Part shown: in pieces, positions 52,007 to 62,660 of the stretch
How the letters are laid out: every line of letters begins with the position of its first letter
Position numbering within the stretch: position 1 is the stretch's first letter
Source of the DNA: Candidatus Oxydemutatoraceae bacterium
GTDB lineage: Bacteria > Pseudomonadota > Gammaproteobacteria > Poriferisulfidales > Oxydemutatoraceae
Direction: 5' to 3'
Length of the DNA stretch: 64,000 nt
NCBI GenBank assembly: GCA_965220085.1
Contig: CBDCOZ010000003.1
Location: 832,001-896,000, forward strand
Made by a program: the position numbers and the translations under genes
The notes under the pieces: model-generated
What the model saw: only the letters and a program-made list of their open reading frames with translations
Database searches by the model: none
What the model was told of the DNA's origin: nothing

Positions 52007-53032
52007 ATGATTTCTGCAACAATAGTGGGGGGCACCGGCTATACGGGCGCCGAGTTGATTCGTTTGTTATTAGCGCACCCGCGGGTTGCGTTAAAGCGCG
52101 TTGTCTCCAAAAGTTGCGGCGGCAAGAGGATCGGGGAAGTATTGCCCCATCTGGCCGCCCGCACCGATATGGTTTTCAGCGCTGATATCGGCAACCCTGC
52201 GGATAGCGACATCGTGTTTTTTGCGACCCCTAACGGCGCCGCTATGACCCAAGCCGAGTCTCTCCTTGACGCGGGCGCGCGGGTGATTGATCTCGCCGCC
52301 GATTTCAGGTTGGCCGATGCGGCGCAGTGGAAAGAATGGTATGGCACCGAGCATAGTTGTCCGCAACTGCTGGCGCGGGCTGTTTACGGGCTTCCGGAAT
52401 ATTACCGCGAGCAAATCAAGCGGGCGCAGTTAATCGCCAACCCGGGCTGTTATCCGACTACGGTCATCCTCGGCTTCGGGCCGTTGCTCAAAGCAAAGCT
52501 TATTGAAACAAATTGCTTGATTGCGGATTGCAAGTCCGGTATCAGCGGCGCCGGGCGCAGCGCTGTTACCGAGTTGTCGTATGCCGAATGCAGCGAGAAT
52601 TTCAGAGCATATAAAGCGGATGCGCACCGTCATTGGCCCGAAATCAAGAATCAGTTAGAGCGGGTCGCAGGCCCCGCAGATCTCTCGTTTACGCCGCATC
52701 TGCTGCCGATTATCAGGGGAATGTACTCAAGTTTGCATTTCAAAACCGCCGCGTCGCGGGACACGTTACAAGATTGTTTTGAGCGGGCGTATCAAGACGA
52801 ACCGTTTGTCAAAGTGATGAGCGAGGGGATGATTCCGCAAACTCGGTTTGTCAACGGCAGCAACTATTGCCTTATTTCGGCACACAAACAACGCGGCAGC
52901 GGCTTCGCAAAGGTATTGGTCGCTATCGATAATCTGATGAAGGGCGCTGCGGGGCAGGCGGTGCAGAATATGAATTTAATGTGCGCGCTGGATGAGCGCA
53001 TGGGGCTGGAAGCGATTCCCGTTCTGCCTTGA
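52007..53032 (+). CDS. argC: N-acetyl-gamma-glutamyl-phosphate reductase
   Basis: GGTGYTG, IANPGCYPT, SGISGAGR, DNLMKGAAGQA. Confidence 0.96.
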   Translation: MISATIVGGTGYTGAELIRLLLAHPRVALKRVVSKSCGGKRIGEVLPHLAARTDMVFSADIGNPADSDIVFFATPNGAAMTQAESLLDAGARVIDLAADFRLADAAQWKEWYGTEHSCPQLLARAVYGLPEYYREQIKRAQLIANPGCYPTTVILGFGPLLKAKLIETNCLIADCKSGISGAGRSAVTELSYAECSENFRAYKADAHRHWPEIKNQLERVAGPADLSFTPHLLPIIRGMYSSLHFKTAASRDTLQDCFERAYQDEPFVKVMSEGMIPQTRFVNGSNYCLISAHKQRGSGFAKVLVAIDNLMKGAAGQAVQNMNLMCALDERMGLEAIPVLP

Positions 53033-53042
53033 TTGTTTGCGC

Positions 53043-53774
53043 ATGCGAACAGGGACTCTCTATAAATTCTTCTATTCGATACGCTTGAGCATATTTTACT
53101 TGAGCAAACACAAGTGGGTCGTCGCCGGTTTGGCAGGCGGGCTGTTTGTGTTGTGGGGCGCGATGTTCTATCTGTTCGGTCAGGCGAGCGTGCGTCATCA
53201 GATACGGCTGATCTATGCCGATACGATCGGCTTGTCTCAGAGCGGCGCCGACAGCCATGACGTTATCGCGCATATCAAGATGATTGCGACCCAAGCCAAA
53301 GTGGCCGAGGAGACGATCAAGGGGTTGCGCGAGACCTTGGCGAGCAAGGAACACGATGTCTCCGAACTGCGGGAACAGATTTATTTCTATCGCGCTATCG
53401 TCGCGCCGGAAGAGACAGACAAAGAGCTATCCGTCCTGTCGGTGCGGCTCGGCTATCCCGCGGAAGACGGAAAATTTCCGTTTGAACTCGTGTTACGCAA
53501 GACCGATAGCCCCGATACTCTGGCAAAAGGGCGCGTAAAAATCACGTTGCTCGATGGGGACGGCGAGGCGTCCCGGCGTTTGCCGATGAAGTCGTTCTAT
53601 CAGGGGGACGAACGCTTTTCTTTCAAGTATTTCCAACAGTTGCGCGGCAAAATTATGGTGCCGGACGGTTTTTCTCCGGTCAGGGTTGAGGCGGTCGTGT
53701 TGTCGGCCGGGCGGAGCGAGATAAAAAAACTCTGGTATTGGGGCGATCTGCTGAGCGGAGTGCACGCCTATTAA
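53043..53774 (+). CDS. Membrane-anchored coiled-coil protein (DUF6776-like)
   Basis: TM helix, coiled coil, FYRAIVAPE, FKYFQQLRG..VPDGFSP; follows argC. Confidence 0.65.
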   Translation: MRTGTLYKFFYSIRLSIFYLSKHKWVVAGLAGGLFVLWGAMFYLFGQASVRHQIRLIYADTIGLSQSGADSHDVIAHIKMIATQAKVAEETIKGLRETLASKEHDVSELREQIYFYRAIVAPEETDKELSVLSVRLGYPAEDGKFPFELVLRKTDSPDTLAKGRVKITLLDGDGEASRRLPMKSFYQGDERFSFKYFQQLRGKIMVPDGFSPVRVEAVVLSAGRSEIKKLWYWGDLLSGVHAY

Positions 53775-53785
53775 CTGTCGCGCTG

Positions 53786-54451
53786 TCAGATAGGCAGAAA
53801 AATGCTCGCCGCGCCGCGCAAGGTTTTGTTGATGACCCGATTGGTGCGGTCAGAGACGACAAGCGCGATGAGTTCTTGTATCGCCGTCGCTTTGTCGATC
53901 AATGTATAGACTCCGTTGGGGTTGCTTTCGTCATCGGCAATGATCGGGTTGCTTCCGCCTTGCTTGAGCAGCGCGCGGCGGAGGGCCTGCAGATTGACGC
54001 TGCTGTCGTATATTTTTTGCGGATCAAGCGAGTCAAAGAAGTAGAACTCTTTTTGGTTGTTGTAAGAATTGTCGATCATGCTGGTCACGCCGAGCATCAA
54101 CGCGAATACTCTGTCGCCGCGGTAGCGGCGATTGAATGCCAATTTGATCGCTTCAATTCCCTGTCTGTTATGAAGCTCTGCGTAAGCGATCGCGGCGGGA
54201 TATTCCATAATCTGCGTCACCCGTGTCTGCAAATCCATGTGGCTCACTTTTTTCAATTCCCGGGGATTCAAGCGATACAATTCCAAGGTCAGTTGCAACA
54301 GTTGGTTATTCAGATTTGCCAGCGCGATCTCCGCTACGGTATCAATATTGGTCTTGGCAATATTGCCTGCCGGACTTCCGACCGAGTTACAAGCGGTCGT
54401 CAAGGCGGCTATGACCGTGACAAGACATAAGAAAAAGGCTTTAATCCGCAT
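53786..54451 (-). CDS. Hypothetical lipoprotein
   Basis: Lipobox LTTAC; LYRLNPREL, GDRVFAL, LDPQKIY. Confidence 0.7.
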   Translation of the reverse strand: MRIKAFFLCLVTVIAALTTACNSVGSPAGNIAKTNIDTVAEIALANLNNQLLQLTLELYRLNPRELKKVSHMDLQTRVTQIMEYPAAIAYAELHNRQGIEAIKLAFNRRYRGDRVFALMLGVTSMIDNSYNNQKEFYFFDSLDPQKIYDSSVNLQALRRALLKQGGSNPIIADDESNPNGVYTLIDKATAIQELIALVVSDRTNRVINKTLRGAASIFLPI

Positions 54452-54496
54452 GACAGGCCTATTATAATGAAAATTGTTCAACTATTTTTTTTTCTG

Positions 54497-54868
54497 ATGA
54501 AAGCATTGGTATTAGTCGCCCACGGCAGCCGCTTGGATGCCGCCAACCGAGAGATCGTCCGTTTGCTCGGGCCGTTGCGGGACAAAGCGGGAGACGACTT
54601 TGATCGCGTCATGGCGGCCTTTTTGGAACTCGCCGAGCCCTCCATACCGAATGCGATTCAGCAGTGCGTTGATAACGGCGCCAAAGAGATTATCTTGTTG
54701 CCGTATTTTCTGGCCAGCGGAAAGCATGTGACGAGCGATATCCCGGCGGCGGCGGATAAAAAGCGCGCGCAATATCCGCATGTCAATATTCGCTTGCTCG
54801 ATTATTTCGGCAAATCGCCGCAGATGACCGACATGCTTTTGAGCCACCTGTATAACCGAAGCATATGA
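54497..54868 (+). CDS. CbiX/SirB family chelatase (single domain)
   Basis: VAHGSR, AFLELAEPSI, PYFLASGKHV..DIP. Confidence 0.88.
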   Translation: MKALVLVAHGSRLDAANREIVRLLGPLRDKAGDDFDRVMAAFLELAEPSIPNAIQQCVDNGAKEIILLPYFLASGKHVTSDIPAAADKKRAQYPHVNIRLLDYFGKSPQMTDMLLSHLYNRSI

Positions 54869-55275
54869 GCAAACCGGAGCGGTCACGCGATATTTCTCCG
54901 GTCAGGCGCCGGTTGCTTTTGCTGTCCGGTCATATCTGCGCCGGCTTGGGCGCAGTCGCCTTGATTCTGCCGATTATTCCGACTTCCCCCTTCCTGATTC
55001 TGGCGGCCGCTTGTTATGCGCGCTCATCGGAAAAGTTTTATAATATGCTGATAAAAAACAAATACTTCGGCGCTGATATTCTGCGTTGGGAAAGAGAGCG
55101 GTGTATGAGAAAACAGGTTAAACTGCGCGCCATGCTGTTGATAGCGGTCGTTTTTTCAATCAGCGCGTTTTTGTTTTTGCAAGCGGGCGTTGCTCGCGCC
55201 CTGATGCTTTCTACGGGGCTGCTTATCATCATTTTTTTATATTCTGTGCCGACTTGTCATCATGACCCAAGCTAA
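54865..55275 (+). CDS. YbaN/DUF454 membrane protein
   Basis: LPIIPTSPFLILAAACYARSS. Confidence 0.85.
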   Translation: MSKPERSRDISPVRRRLLLLSGHICAGLGAVALILPIIPTSPFLILAAACYARSSEKFYNMLIKNKYFGADILRWERERCMRKQVKLRAMLLIAVVFSISAFLFLQAGVARALMLSTGLLIIIFLYSVPTCHHDPS

Positions 55276-56416
55276 AACTTCCCCGATACCTCCGGCGACC
55301 AAGTTTATTCGTCTGAGCGGCGATTACGGCACCAGCCAGTTTATTATGCGCAAGGGCGGAGCGCTGCCCGAGGTGGTCATCGCGTATGAGACCTGGGGCC
55401 GGTTATCGCCTAATCAGGATAATGTCGTATTGATATTTACCGGGCTCTCGCCGTCGGCGCACGCGGCGTCATCGCGGCAAGACCCAAGCGCCGGTTGGTG
55501 GGAAATGATGATAGGTCCCGGCAAAGCCATTGATACCGACCGGTTTTATGTCGTGTGCGTTAATTCTTTGGGCAGTTGCTTTGGTTCCACTTCGCCGGGC
55601 TCTATCAACCCGCAGACCGGCAAACCGTATAACCTGTCTTTTCCCGAGTTGACGATAGAAGATATCGCCAAAGCCGGCCACCACGCGCTCAACGATCTCG
55701 GAATTACCCATCTGTTTGCGGTGGTCGGGGGTTCTATGGGCGGCATGAGCGCGCTCGCGTATGCGCTGCAATACCCCGCGGAAGTCGATTATCTCGTATG
55801 CATTTCGGCGGCATCGAGAGCGCTGGCGTTTACCATCGCCATACGTTCTTTGCAACGCGAAATGATTCGCTGCGATCCGCTTTGGAAGAACGGAGATTAT
55901 TGCGGCGATGAGGAACCTTATTGCGGCATGATTTTGGCGCGCAAACTGGGGCTGATGTCTTATCGCGCGGCCAACGAATGGCGCGATCGCTTTGACCGGC
56001 GGCGTGTCGCGGCCGAGAGACGCAGCGGCAACCCGTTCGCGATGGAATTTGAAATTGAGTCTTATTTGGATTACAACGCAAAGAAATTTGTTTATTCGTT
56101 CGATGCGAATAGCTACCTCTATTTGTCGCGCGCGCTGGATTTGTTTGATGTGGCCGACCACGGCGGCTCTATCAATGCCGGTCTCGCGCGGATCCACGCC
56201 AAGCGCTCGCTGTTGATTGGGGTGAAGACCGATATATTATTTCCCGTCTATCAGCAGGCCGAACTTGCCAACGGGCTGAAGAAAGCGGGGCGGGAAGTCA
56301 TCTATAAGGAACTGGATTCTATCTATGGTCACGATTCTTTTTTAATCGATGAAGAGCGCTTTTCGCCGGCGGTCGGCGCGTTTTTATCTCAGGCGTTTGC
56401 GGAGGAGAGCGGTTGA
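55262..56416 (+). CDS. metX: MetX-family O-acyltransferase (probable serine O-acyltransferase subgroup)
   Basis: YETWG, TGLSPSAH, GGSMGG, FDANSYL, GHDSFL. Confidence 0.85.
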   Translation: MTQAKTSPIPPATKFIRLSGDYGTSQFIMRKGGALPEVVIAYETWGRLSPNQDNVVLIFTGLSPSAHAASSRQDPSAGWWEMMIGPGKAIDTDRFYVVCVNSLGSCFGSTSPGSINPQTGKPYNLSFPELTIEDIAKAGHHALNDLGITHLFAVVGGSMGGMSALAYALQYPAEVDYLVCISAASRALAFTIAIRSLQREMIRCDPLWKNGDYCGDEEPYCGMILARKLGLMSYRAANEWRDRFDRRRVAAERRSGNPFAMEFEIESYLDYNAKKFVYSFDANSYLYLSRALDLFDVADHGGSINAGLARIHAKRSLLIGVKTDILFPVYQQAELANGLKKAGREVIYKELDSIYGHDSFLIDEERFSPAVGAFLSQAFAEESG

Positions 56417-56420
56417 TCGC

Positions 56421-57737
56421 TCAGCGCTTGTCTATCGGGACATAGTTTCTTTCGTGCTCGCCCGTGTACAGTTGGCGCGGCCGTCCGATACGCGCATATT
56501 TGTCGGACATCATCTCATTCCAGTGGCTGATCCAGCCGCACACGCGTGACAGCGCAAAGATAGCGGTGAACATCTCGCTTGGCAGATTCATCACTTTGAA
56601 GATGATACCGGAGTAGAAATCCACATTCGGGTAGAGCTTGCGGGCGATAAAGTATTCGTCTTCCAGCGCAAACTTCTCAAGTGAGATCGCCGTCTCCAGC
56701 AGGTCTTTGTTCGGGTTGTCGGGCTCCAATTCCCGCAGCAAATCGTGACACGCTTGATGAATGATCTTGGCCCTCGGGTCATAATTCTTGTAGATTCTGT
56801 GACCGAAGCCCATCAATCTGAAATGGTCGTCTTTGTCTTTGGCGCGCTCTATGTAGTGTGTCACCGACTTCCCCGAATCAACGATCGAGCTCAGCATATT
56901 GATAACCGCTTCATTGGCGCCGCCGTGCGCCGGTCCCCATAGCGATGTGACACCCGCTGCCAGCGCCGCATAGGGGTTGGTCTCGGTGCTGCCGCTTAGG
57001 CGAACGGTCGAGGTCGATGCATTTTGCTCGTGGTCGGCGTGCAGGATCAAAATGAGATCCAACGCTTTTGTGACTTTTTGCTTAAACCGGGGGTTGGCAT
57101 CGAGGCGGTCAAAGCTCATCTGTAAGAAATTATCCGCATACGACAGTTCGGGTTGCGGCTGTTTGAAGGTTTGGCCCGAGTGGTAGCGGAATATCCAGGC
57201 GATAAGGATTGCCGTCTTGGCAATCACACGGTGCGCTGCCAACTCGCGATCGGCGGGGTTATGGATGTCGACTGCTTCCTGATACAAGGCCGATAAATAT
57301 GTCAGTCCGGCCATCAACAGAGCCATCGGATGGTGCGACCGATCGAAACCGCTCAACAGACGTTCAATCGCTTTTTGATCCAAGGTCGCTTGTTCTCGCA
57401 GCGACCGTATGAAACGTTCCAACTGATCGGATTCCGGCAGTTCGCCGTAAAAGAGCAGATAGCAGACTTCTTCAAAGTTGCTGTGCTCGGCAAGTTGCTC
57501 GACCGGATAACCGCGATATTTCAGTTCTCCTTTTTCGCCGTTGATGTAAGTGATTTTGCTCTCGCAACTGGCGGTCGAGACAAAACCCGGGTCAAAGGTA
57601 AAGTATCCCGTTTCTTTGTGCATGGAGCGAATGTCCACAATATCCGCTCCTTCCGTCGATTGCATAACGGGCAGGGCGATGTCCTTCCCGGTTTCGGGAA
57701 TAGTTAACTTAACCTGTTTGCCAGTTTCTTTTTTCAC
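56421..57737 (-). CDS. gltA: Citrate synthase (type II)
   Basis: DPGF.STASC, LHADHEQNAST, GPAHGGANE, GFGHR, YPNVDFYSG; start approximate. Confidence 0.96.
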   Translation of the reverse strand: MKKETGKQVKLTIPETGKDIALPVMQSTEGADIVDIRSMHKETGYFTFDPGFVSTASCESKITYINGEKGELKYRGYPVEQLAEHSNFEEVCYLLFYGELPESDQLERFIRSLREQATLDQKAIERLLSGFDRSHHPMALLMAGLTYLSALYQEAVDIHNPADRELAAHRVIAKTAILIAWIFRYHSGQTFKQPQPELSYADNFLQMSFDRLDANPRFKQKVTKALDLILILHADHEQNASTSTVRLSGSTETNPYAALAAGVTSLWGPAHGGANEAVINMLSSIVDSGKSVTHYIERAKDKDDHFRLMGFGHRIYKNYDPRAKIIHQACHDLLRELEPDNPNKDLLETAISLEKFALEDEYFIARKLYPNVDFYSGIIFKVMNLPSEMFTAIFALSRVCGWISHWNEMMSDKYARIGRPRQLYTGEHERNYVPIDKR

Positions 57738-57943
57738 TTGCCGGGTTTGTATTGCTGTTATACTAATGCCGCTGTTCGGCGTTGGGGCGAGCAATTATAG
57801 CAGACTTTGGTTGCTATGGGCATTGAGCCGTATTCGGCATCTGCGCCCTGTGATTGACCCGTATTGTGGACAGCCCGTTATATATTGTTATAATCAGGAA
57901 CCGTTACAACGATAACTAAAGATAAACTTGATTCTACAAACTC

Positions 57944-59110
57944 ATGTCTTGGAACCAGTCTGACAAGAACCGACAAAATTCATGGAATCGCTCATCGGAT
58001 GAGCAGCCGCCGGATTTGACCGAATTATTTAAAAAGATGTCCGGCGGCTTTGCCGGCGGCAAAGGCTCTATGTTCGGTTCTTTTAATCCGCTCTTCTTGC
58101 TGATTATCTTGCTGGCGCTGTGGGGGCTTTCCGGCATCTATATCATCACCGAAGGAAAGCGCGGAGTCGAGTTGCGCTTCGGCGCGTACTCGGAGACCAC
58201 GTTGCCGGGGCCGCACTGGCATATCCCGTACCCGATCGAGTCGGTTGAAAAAGTCGATGTGGACAGAATTCGCTCGGCTCAGAATAAGTCATCCATGCTG
58301 ACGCAGGATGAGAATATCGTAGAGGTTGAGTTGGCGGTACAGTATCGGGTCAAGGATGCGGCCGATTACCTGTTCAATATCCGCTTCCCCGACACAGAAG
58401 GGGCGGTCAATCAGGCGCAGGGGACCTTGTTTCAGGTGATGGAGAGCGCATTGCGCGAAGTGGTCGGCAAAAGCAAGATGGACTTTATTTTGGGCGAGGG
58501 ACGCGCTGAGATTGCGGCGAATATCAAAAGCACGATGACCGATATTCTTGACAGTTACAAGTCCGGCATGGAGGTGGTCACCGTGAACCTGCAGCAGTCG
58601 CAGCCGCCCGAAGCGGTGCAGGGCGCGTTTGCCGATGCGATCAAGGCGCGCGAAGATCAGGTGCGATTTGTGAACGAAGCCGAAGCGTATGCCAACGGCG
58701 TATTGCCGAAGGCGCGCGGCGATGCGGCAAGGATGATTCAGGCGGCCAATGCTTATTACGACAGGGTCGTGAATAACTCGTTAGGCGAGGCGGACCGCTT
58801 TTCGCAACTGTATGAAGAGTATCGCAAGATGCCGGATATCACACGCCGTCGGCTCTACATCGAAGCGGTAGAATCTGTGTTATCGCGCACCAACAAAGTG
58901 ATAGTGGATGTGGACGAAGGCAGCAATGTGTTTTATCTGCCGCTGGACCGCATCATAAAGGATGCCGGCAAGCGGCGCACGATGGGCGAAGACGGAGATT
59001 ATCCGGATATTGACAGCAATAATACCGACACCGGCAGCGGCTTGAAGGATAAATTGACGGGCAACCAGAAGCGCAGCGGCAGATTTTCACGGGGGAGCAA
59101 TGCGAACTAA
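57944..59110 (+). CDS. hflK: FtsH modulator HflK
   Basis: MSWN..PPDL, MLTQDENIV, AFADAIKARED. Confidence 0.95.
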   Translation: MSWNQSDKNRQNSWNRSSDEQPPDLTELFKKMSGGFAGGKGSMFGSFNPLFLLIILLALWGLSGIYIITEGKRGVELRFGAYSETTLPGPHWHIPYPIESVEKVDVDRIRSAQNKSSMLTQDENIVEVELAVQYRVKDAADYLFNIRFPDTEGAVNQAQGTLFQVMESALREVVGKSKMDFILGEGRAEIAANIKSTMTDILDSYKSGMEVVTVNLQQSQPPEAVQGAFADAIKAREDQVRFVNEAEAYANGVLPKARGDAARMIQAANAYYDRVVNNSLGEADRFSQLYEEYRKMPDITRRRLYIEAVESVLSRTNKVIVDVDEGSNVFYLPLDRIIKDAGKRRTMGEDGDYPDIDSNNTDTGSGLKDKLTGNQKRSGRFSRGSNAN

Positions 59111-59963
59111 AGCGCCTATTATTATTCTGGTCGTCCTGCTGCTGATTGCTTACAACTCGGTGTTCATCATCGATCAGCGGGAGAGAATCCTGCTGTTTAG
59201 GCTCGGCGAAGTCATCAATGCGGATTTGGCTCCCGGTCTGCACTTCAAATACCCGGTGGTCAATAATATTCAGCGCTTTGACTCGCGAATATCCACGTTG
59301 AACGCCCGCCCCGAGAGCTTTTTGACGGTGGAGAAAAAGAACGTAACGGTCGACTTTTTTGTGCAATGGCGGATACGCGATGTCGCCCAATATTATCGGG
59401 CGACCCGCGGCGACCCGCGTAATGCGGAGAACCGTCTGTCGCAAATCATGAAAGACGGCTTGCGTAACGAGTTTGGCAAACGCACGATCAAACAAGCGGT
59501 TTCCGGCGAGCGCAGCGAGATTATGGATATTTTGCGCGTCAGGACGAATTCGCTTGCCGAGGATTTGGGGGTTGAAATCGTCGATGTAAGAGTCAGCCGC
59601 ATAGACCTTCCCGATGATGTCAGCGGCGCGGTATACGGGCGCATGAGGACCGAGCGGAATCGTGTCGCGCGCGAGTTGCGGGCAAAAGGGATGGAAGATG
59701 CCGAGAAGATTCGCGCCAAGGCTGATCGCGACCGGGTCGCCATTATCGCCGAAGCATATAAGGACTCGGAGATCAAACGAGGGGAGGGGGATGCGATTGC
59801 GGCAAAGACCTATGCGGAGGCATATAAGCAAGATTCCGAGTTCTATTCTTTCTTACGCAGCATAGAGGCTTATAAGAGGGCATTTGATAATTACGATACC
59901 TTTGTTCTTGAGCCCGATTCCGAATTCTTTAATTATTTCAATTCAGAAAAGCCGGGTGAATAA
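59100..59963 (+). CDS. hflC: FtsH modulator HflC
   Basis: PGLHFK, LRNEFG, RMRTER, FYSFLRS. Confidence 0.95.
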   Translation: MRTKAPIIILVVLLLIAYNSVFIIDQRERILLFRLGEVINADLAPGLHFKYPVVNNIQRFDSRISTLNARPESFLTVEKKNVTVDFFVQWRIRDVAQYYRATRGDPRNAENRLSQIMKDGLRNEFGKRTIKQAVSGERSEIMDILRVRTNSLAEDLGVEIVDVRVSRIDLPDDVSGAVYGRMRTERNRVARELRAKGMEDAEKIRAKADRDRVAIIAEAYKDSEIKRGEGDAIAAKTYAEAYKQDSEFYSFLRSIEAYKRAFDNYDTFVLEPDSEFFNYFNSEKPGE

Positions 59964-60026
59964 GCGCCAAAGACTCTCGGGTCTTTCCGAGTGACCGACT
60001 GACGCCCCGTCCCGCAAGTTCCGCCT

Positions 60027-60212
60027 ATGAGATGGATTGACTTTATAACCGCCGTGGGTCTGCTGATGGTTATAGAAGGGATATTGCCGTTTTTGAGTCC
60101 CGATAAGATGCGCGCATGCAGCAAGGTTGTTTCCGGCATGTCCGACCGCGCTTTGCGCGTGATGGGCGCGGTTCTGATGGCGGCGGGGATATTGGTCATT
60201 TATCTTGTATGA
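60027..60212 (+). CDS. DUF2065 small membrane protein
   Basis: GLLMVIEGILPFLSP; canonical position after hflC. Confidence 0.85.
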   Translation: MRWIDFITAVGLLMVIEGILPFLSPDKMRACSKVVSGMSDRALRVMGAVLMAAGILVIYLV

Positions 60213-60228
60213 CGGCGGCATAAAACAA

Positions 60229-61410
60229 ATGGACGAATTTGACAAATGGTTATTGCCGGAAGGCATCGACGAAGTCTTGCCGCAAGAAGCGATTCGGCTC
60301 GAAGGCATTCGTCGTCGTATCTTGGATTTGTTCGCAAGTTGGGGCTACCGGATTATCATCTCGCCGTTAGCCGAGCACCTGGAGTCATTCTTGCTCGATG
60401 ACAAGGATGACTTGCAAATACAGACCTTCAAATTGACCGATCAGTTGAGCGGCAGAATGCTCGGTGTGCGTCCCGACATGACGCCGCAAATCGCGCGTAT
60501 GGACGCGCATTCTCTGCGCGAAAACAGCATCAACCGCCTTTGTTATGTCGGGCAAACGCTCAATACGCGACCATCGGGCGCCGGACAGTCGCGCTCGCCG
60601 TTGCAGATTGGCGCCGAAATATACGGCCACAAGGGGGTCGGCAGCAATGCCGAGGCGTTGCGTCTGATGATTGAAATGTTTCGCGCGCTTGAGGTCGAAG
60701 ACGCGCACATCGTATTGGGACATGTCGGGATTTATTCCGCGCTGACAGAGAGAGCGGCTCTCGATGCGAGGCAACGCCAAAGGTTGACCGATTTGATGCG
60801 CACGAAGTCCAAGAAAGAGGCACAGAGTTACCTCGCGGCCTGTGAGATATCCCAAGAGAACCGCCGGCTGTTGGTTGACTTGATAGATTTTTACGGCGAG
60901 TTGTCGCTGTTGCCCGAAGCGAGACGGCGATATGCCGGCATTGCGCCGGCCATCGACATGTCGCTTGACGAGATTGACCTCACCGCAAAGATGATTGCGT
61001 CCGACGGCATAACCGTGCACTGCGATTTCTTGGAAGCGCCCGGCTATCACTACGAGGACGGCTTGGTGTTTGCCGCATTCACATCCGGTATCGGACAGGA
61101 AATAGCCCGCGGCGGGCGTTATGACGGCATCGGCAAGGTCTTCGGACGCGCGCGTCCGGGTATCGGTTTCAGCAGCGATTTGAAATTGCTTGCTAGGGTC
61201 GCCGGCGGCGACAAAGGGTCGGCGGGCAATGAGACATTGGTTTATGCGCCGCTCGATGCCGATGCGAATTTGGCGGCAAAGATTTCTCACATGCGGCGAT
61301 CGGGCGAGCGTGTCATTATTCAATTGGATGACGATGATCGGCCCGATAAGCACGGTTGCACCCATATTCTTTGTCAAGAAAACGGCGGCTGGCGCGTCAA
61401 AGCATTATGA
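60229..61410 (+). CDS. hisZ: ATP phosphoribosyltransferase regulatory subunit
   Basis: WLLPEGI, DQLSGR.LGVRPDMTPQ, QIGAE, GGRYD. Confidence 0.93.
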   Translation: MDEFDKWLLPEGIDEVLPQEAIRLEGIRRRILDLFASWGYRIIISPLAEHLESFLLDDKDDLQIQTFKLTDQLSGRMLGVRPDMTPQIARMDAHSLRENSINRLCYVGQTLNTRPSGAGQSRSPLQIGAEIYGHKGVGSNAEALRLMIEMFRALEVEDAHIVLGHVGIYSALTERAALDARQRQRLTDLMRTKSKKEAQSYLAACEISQENRRLLVDLIDFYGELSLLPEARRRYAGIAPAIDMSLDEIDLTAKMIASDGITVHCDFLEAPGYHYEDGLVFAAFTSGIGQEIARGGRYDGIGKVFGRARPGIGFSSDLKLLARVAGGDKGSAGNETLVYAPLDADANLAAKISHMRRSGERVIIQLDDDDRPDKHGCTHILCQENGGWRVKAL

Positions 61411-62660
61411 GCAGTATTGCTATTGTCGGCTTGCAATGGGGGGACGAAGGCAAGGGGAAGATTGTCGATCTCCTGTCTGACAAAACCGATGCCGTCGCGC
61501 GTTTTCAAGGCGGTCATAATGCCGGGCACACGATCATAGTCAACGGTCAGAAGCAAGTATTGCACCTCATTCCGTCGGGTGTCTTGCGTCCGAACGCAGA
61601 GTGCCTGATCGGCAGCGGGGTGGTTCTGTCTATTCCGGCGCTGATAGAAGAGATTGATTCGCTCGCGCAATGCGGCATTGATATCGTTCCGCGCCTTAAA
61701 ATTTCTCCGCTCTGTCCGCTGATTTTTACGAGTCATTGCCAGTTAGACGCAATCAACGAAACGATGCTATGCGGTCGCGCTATCGGCACGACGGGCAGGG
61801 GGATTGGCCCGGCTTATGAGGATCAAGTCGGGCGCCGCGCATTGCGCTTGCACGAGTTGCGCAATCCCGACGCATTTTCCGACAGGATCCAAGAACTATT
61901 CAAACGCCATAATTTGATTCTTGAAGAGTGCGGTCACGCCGCGATGGACTGGCACCCCGATTATGACTTTGCTATGCAGAATCGGGATTTGCTGATACGG
62001 ATGATGTGCCCGATAACGGACAGACTCAAGCAGCTTCAAGGCGAGGGAAAAAACATACTATTTGAGGGGGCGCAAGGCGCGATGTTAGATGTGGATCACG
62101 GCACCTACCCTTACGTCACGTCATCGCATACGCTTGCCGGGCACATCGCTTGCGGCGCCGGCTTCCCGGTGCGTTCGTTGCGGCACATTGTCGGTATCTG
62201 CAAAGCGTATACGACACGCGTTGGCAACGGCCCTTTCCCGACCGAAGAGCGGGGCGCCACAGGCGAGCATTTGGCACAGCGCGGCAACGAGTTTGGCGCG
62301 ACGACCGGCCGTCTTCGCCGCTGTGGCTGGCTGGATTTGGCCATGTTGCGCAAGATGGCATGGCTCAATGATGCGGATACTTTGTGCCTTACGAAACTGG
62401 ATGTTTTGACCGGACTGGATCGTGTGCGTGTGTGCAAATCCTACAAAGACGAGTCGCTGCCGTTTGCCGAGTGTGAGCCGGAGTATATTGAATTTGACGG
62501 CTGGAGCGAAGCGCTATCGGGCATCGATCAATACGACGGCTTGCCGCTTGCGGTGCGCAAGTATATCGAATATATCGAGCGCGAAGTCGGCGTATCGGTC
62601 GCGGTCATCTCTACCGGGCCGGGCCGCGAAGAAAACATTATCCGCTCGAATATTTTTTAG
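61407..62660 (+). CDS. purA: Adenylosuccinate synthase
   Basis: QWGDEGKGK, GGHNAGHT, EGAQG, GTYPYVTSS, EFGATTGR. Confidence 0.97.
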   Translation: MSSIAIVGLQWGDEGKGKIVDLLSDKTDAVARFQGGHNAGHTIIVNGQKQVLHLIPSGVLRPNAECLIGSGVVLSIPALIEEIDSLAQCGIDIVPRLKISPLCPLIFTSHCQLDAINETMLCGRAIGTTGRGIGPAYEDQVGRRALRLHELRNPDAFSDRIQELFKRHNLILEECGHAAMDWHPDYDFAMQNRDLLIRMMCPITDRLKQLQGEGKNILFEGAQGAMLDVDHGTYPYVTSSHTLAGHIACGAGFPVRSLRHIVGICKAYTTRVGNGPFPTEERGATGEHLAQRGNEFGATTGRLRRCGWLDLAMLRKMAWLNDADTLCLTKLDVLTGLDRVRVCKSYKDESLPFAECEPEYIEFDGWSEALSGIDQYDGLPLAVRKYIEYIEREVGVSVAVISTGPGREENIIRSNIF

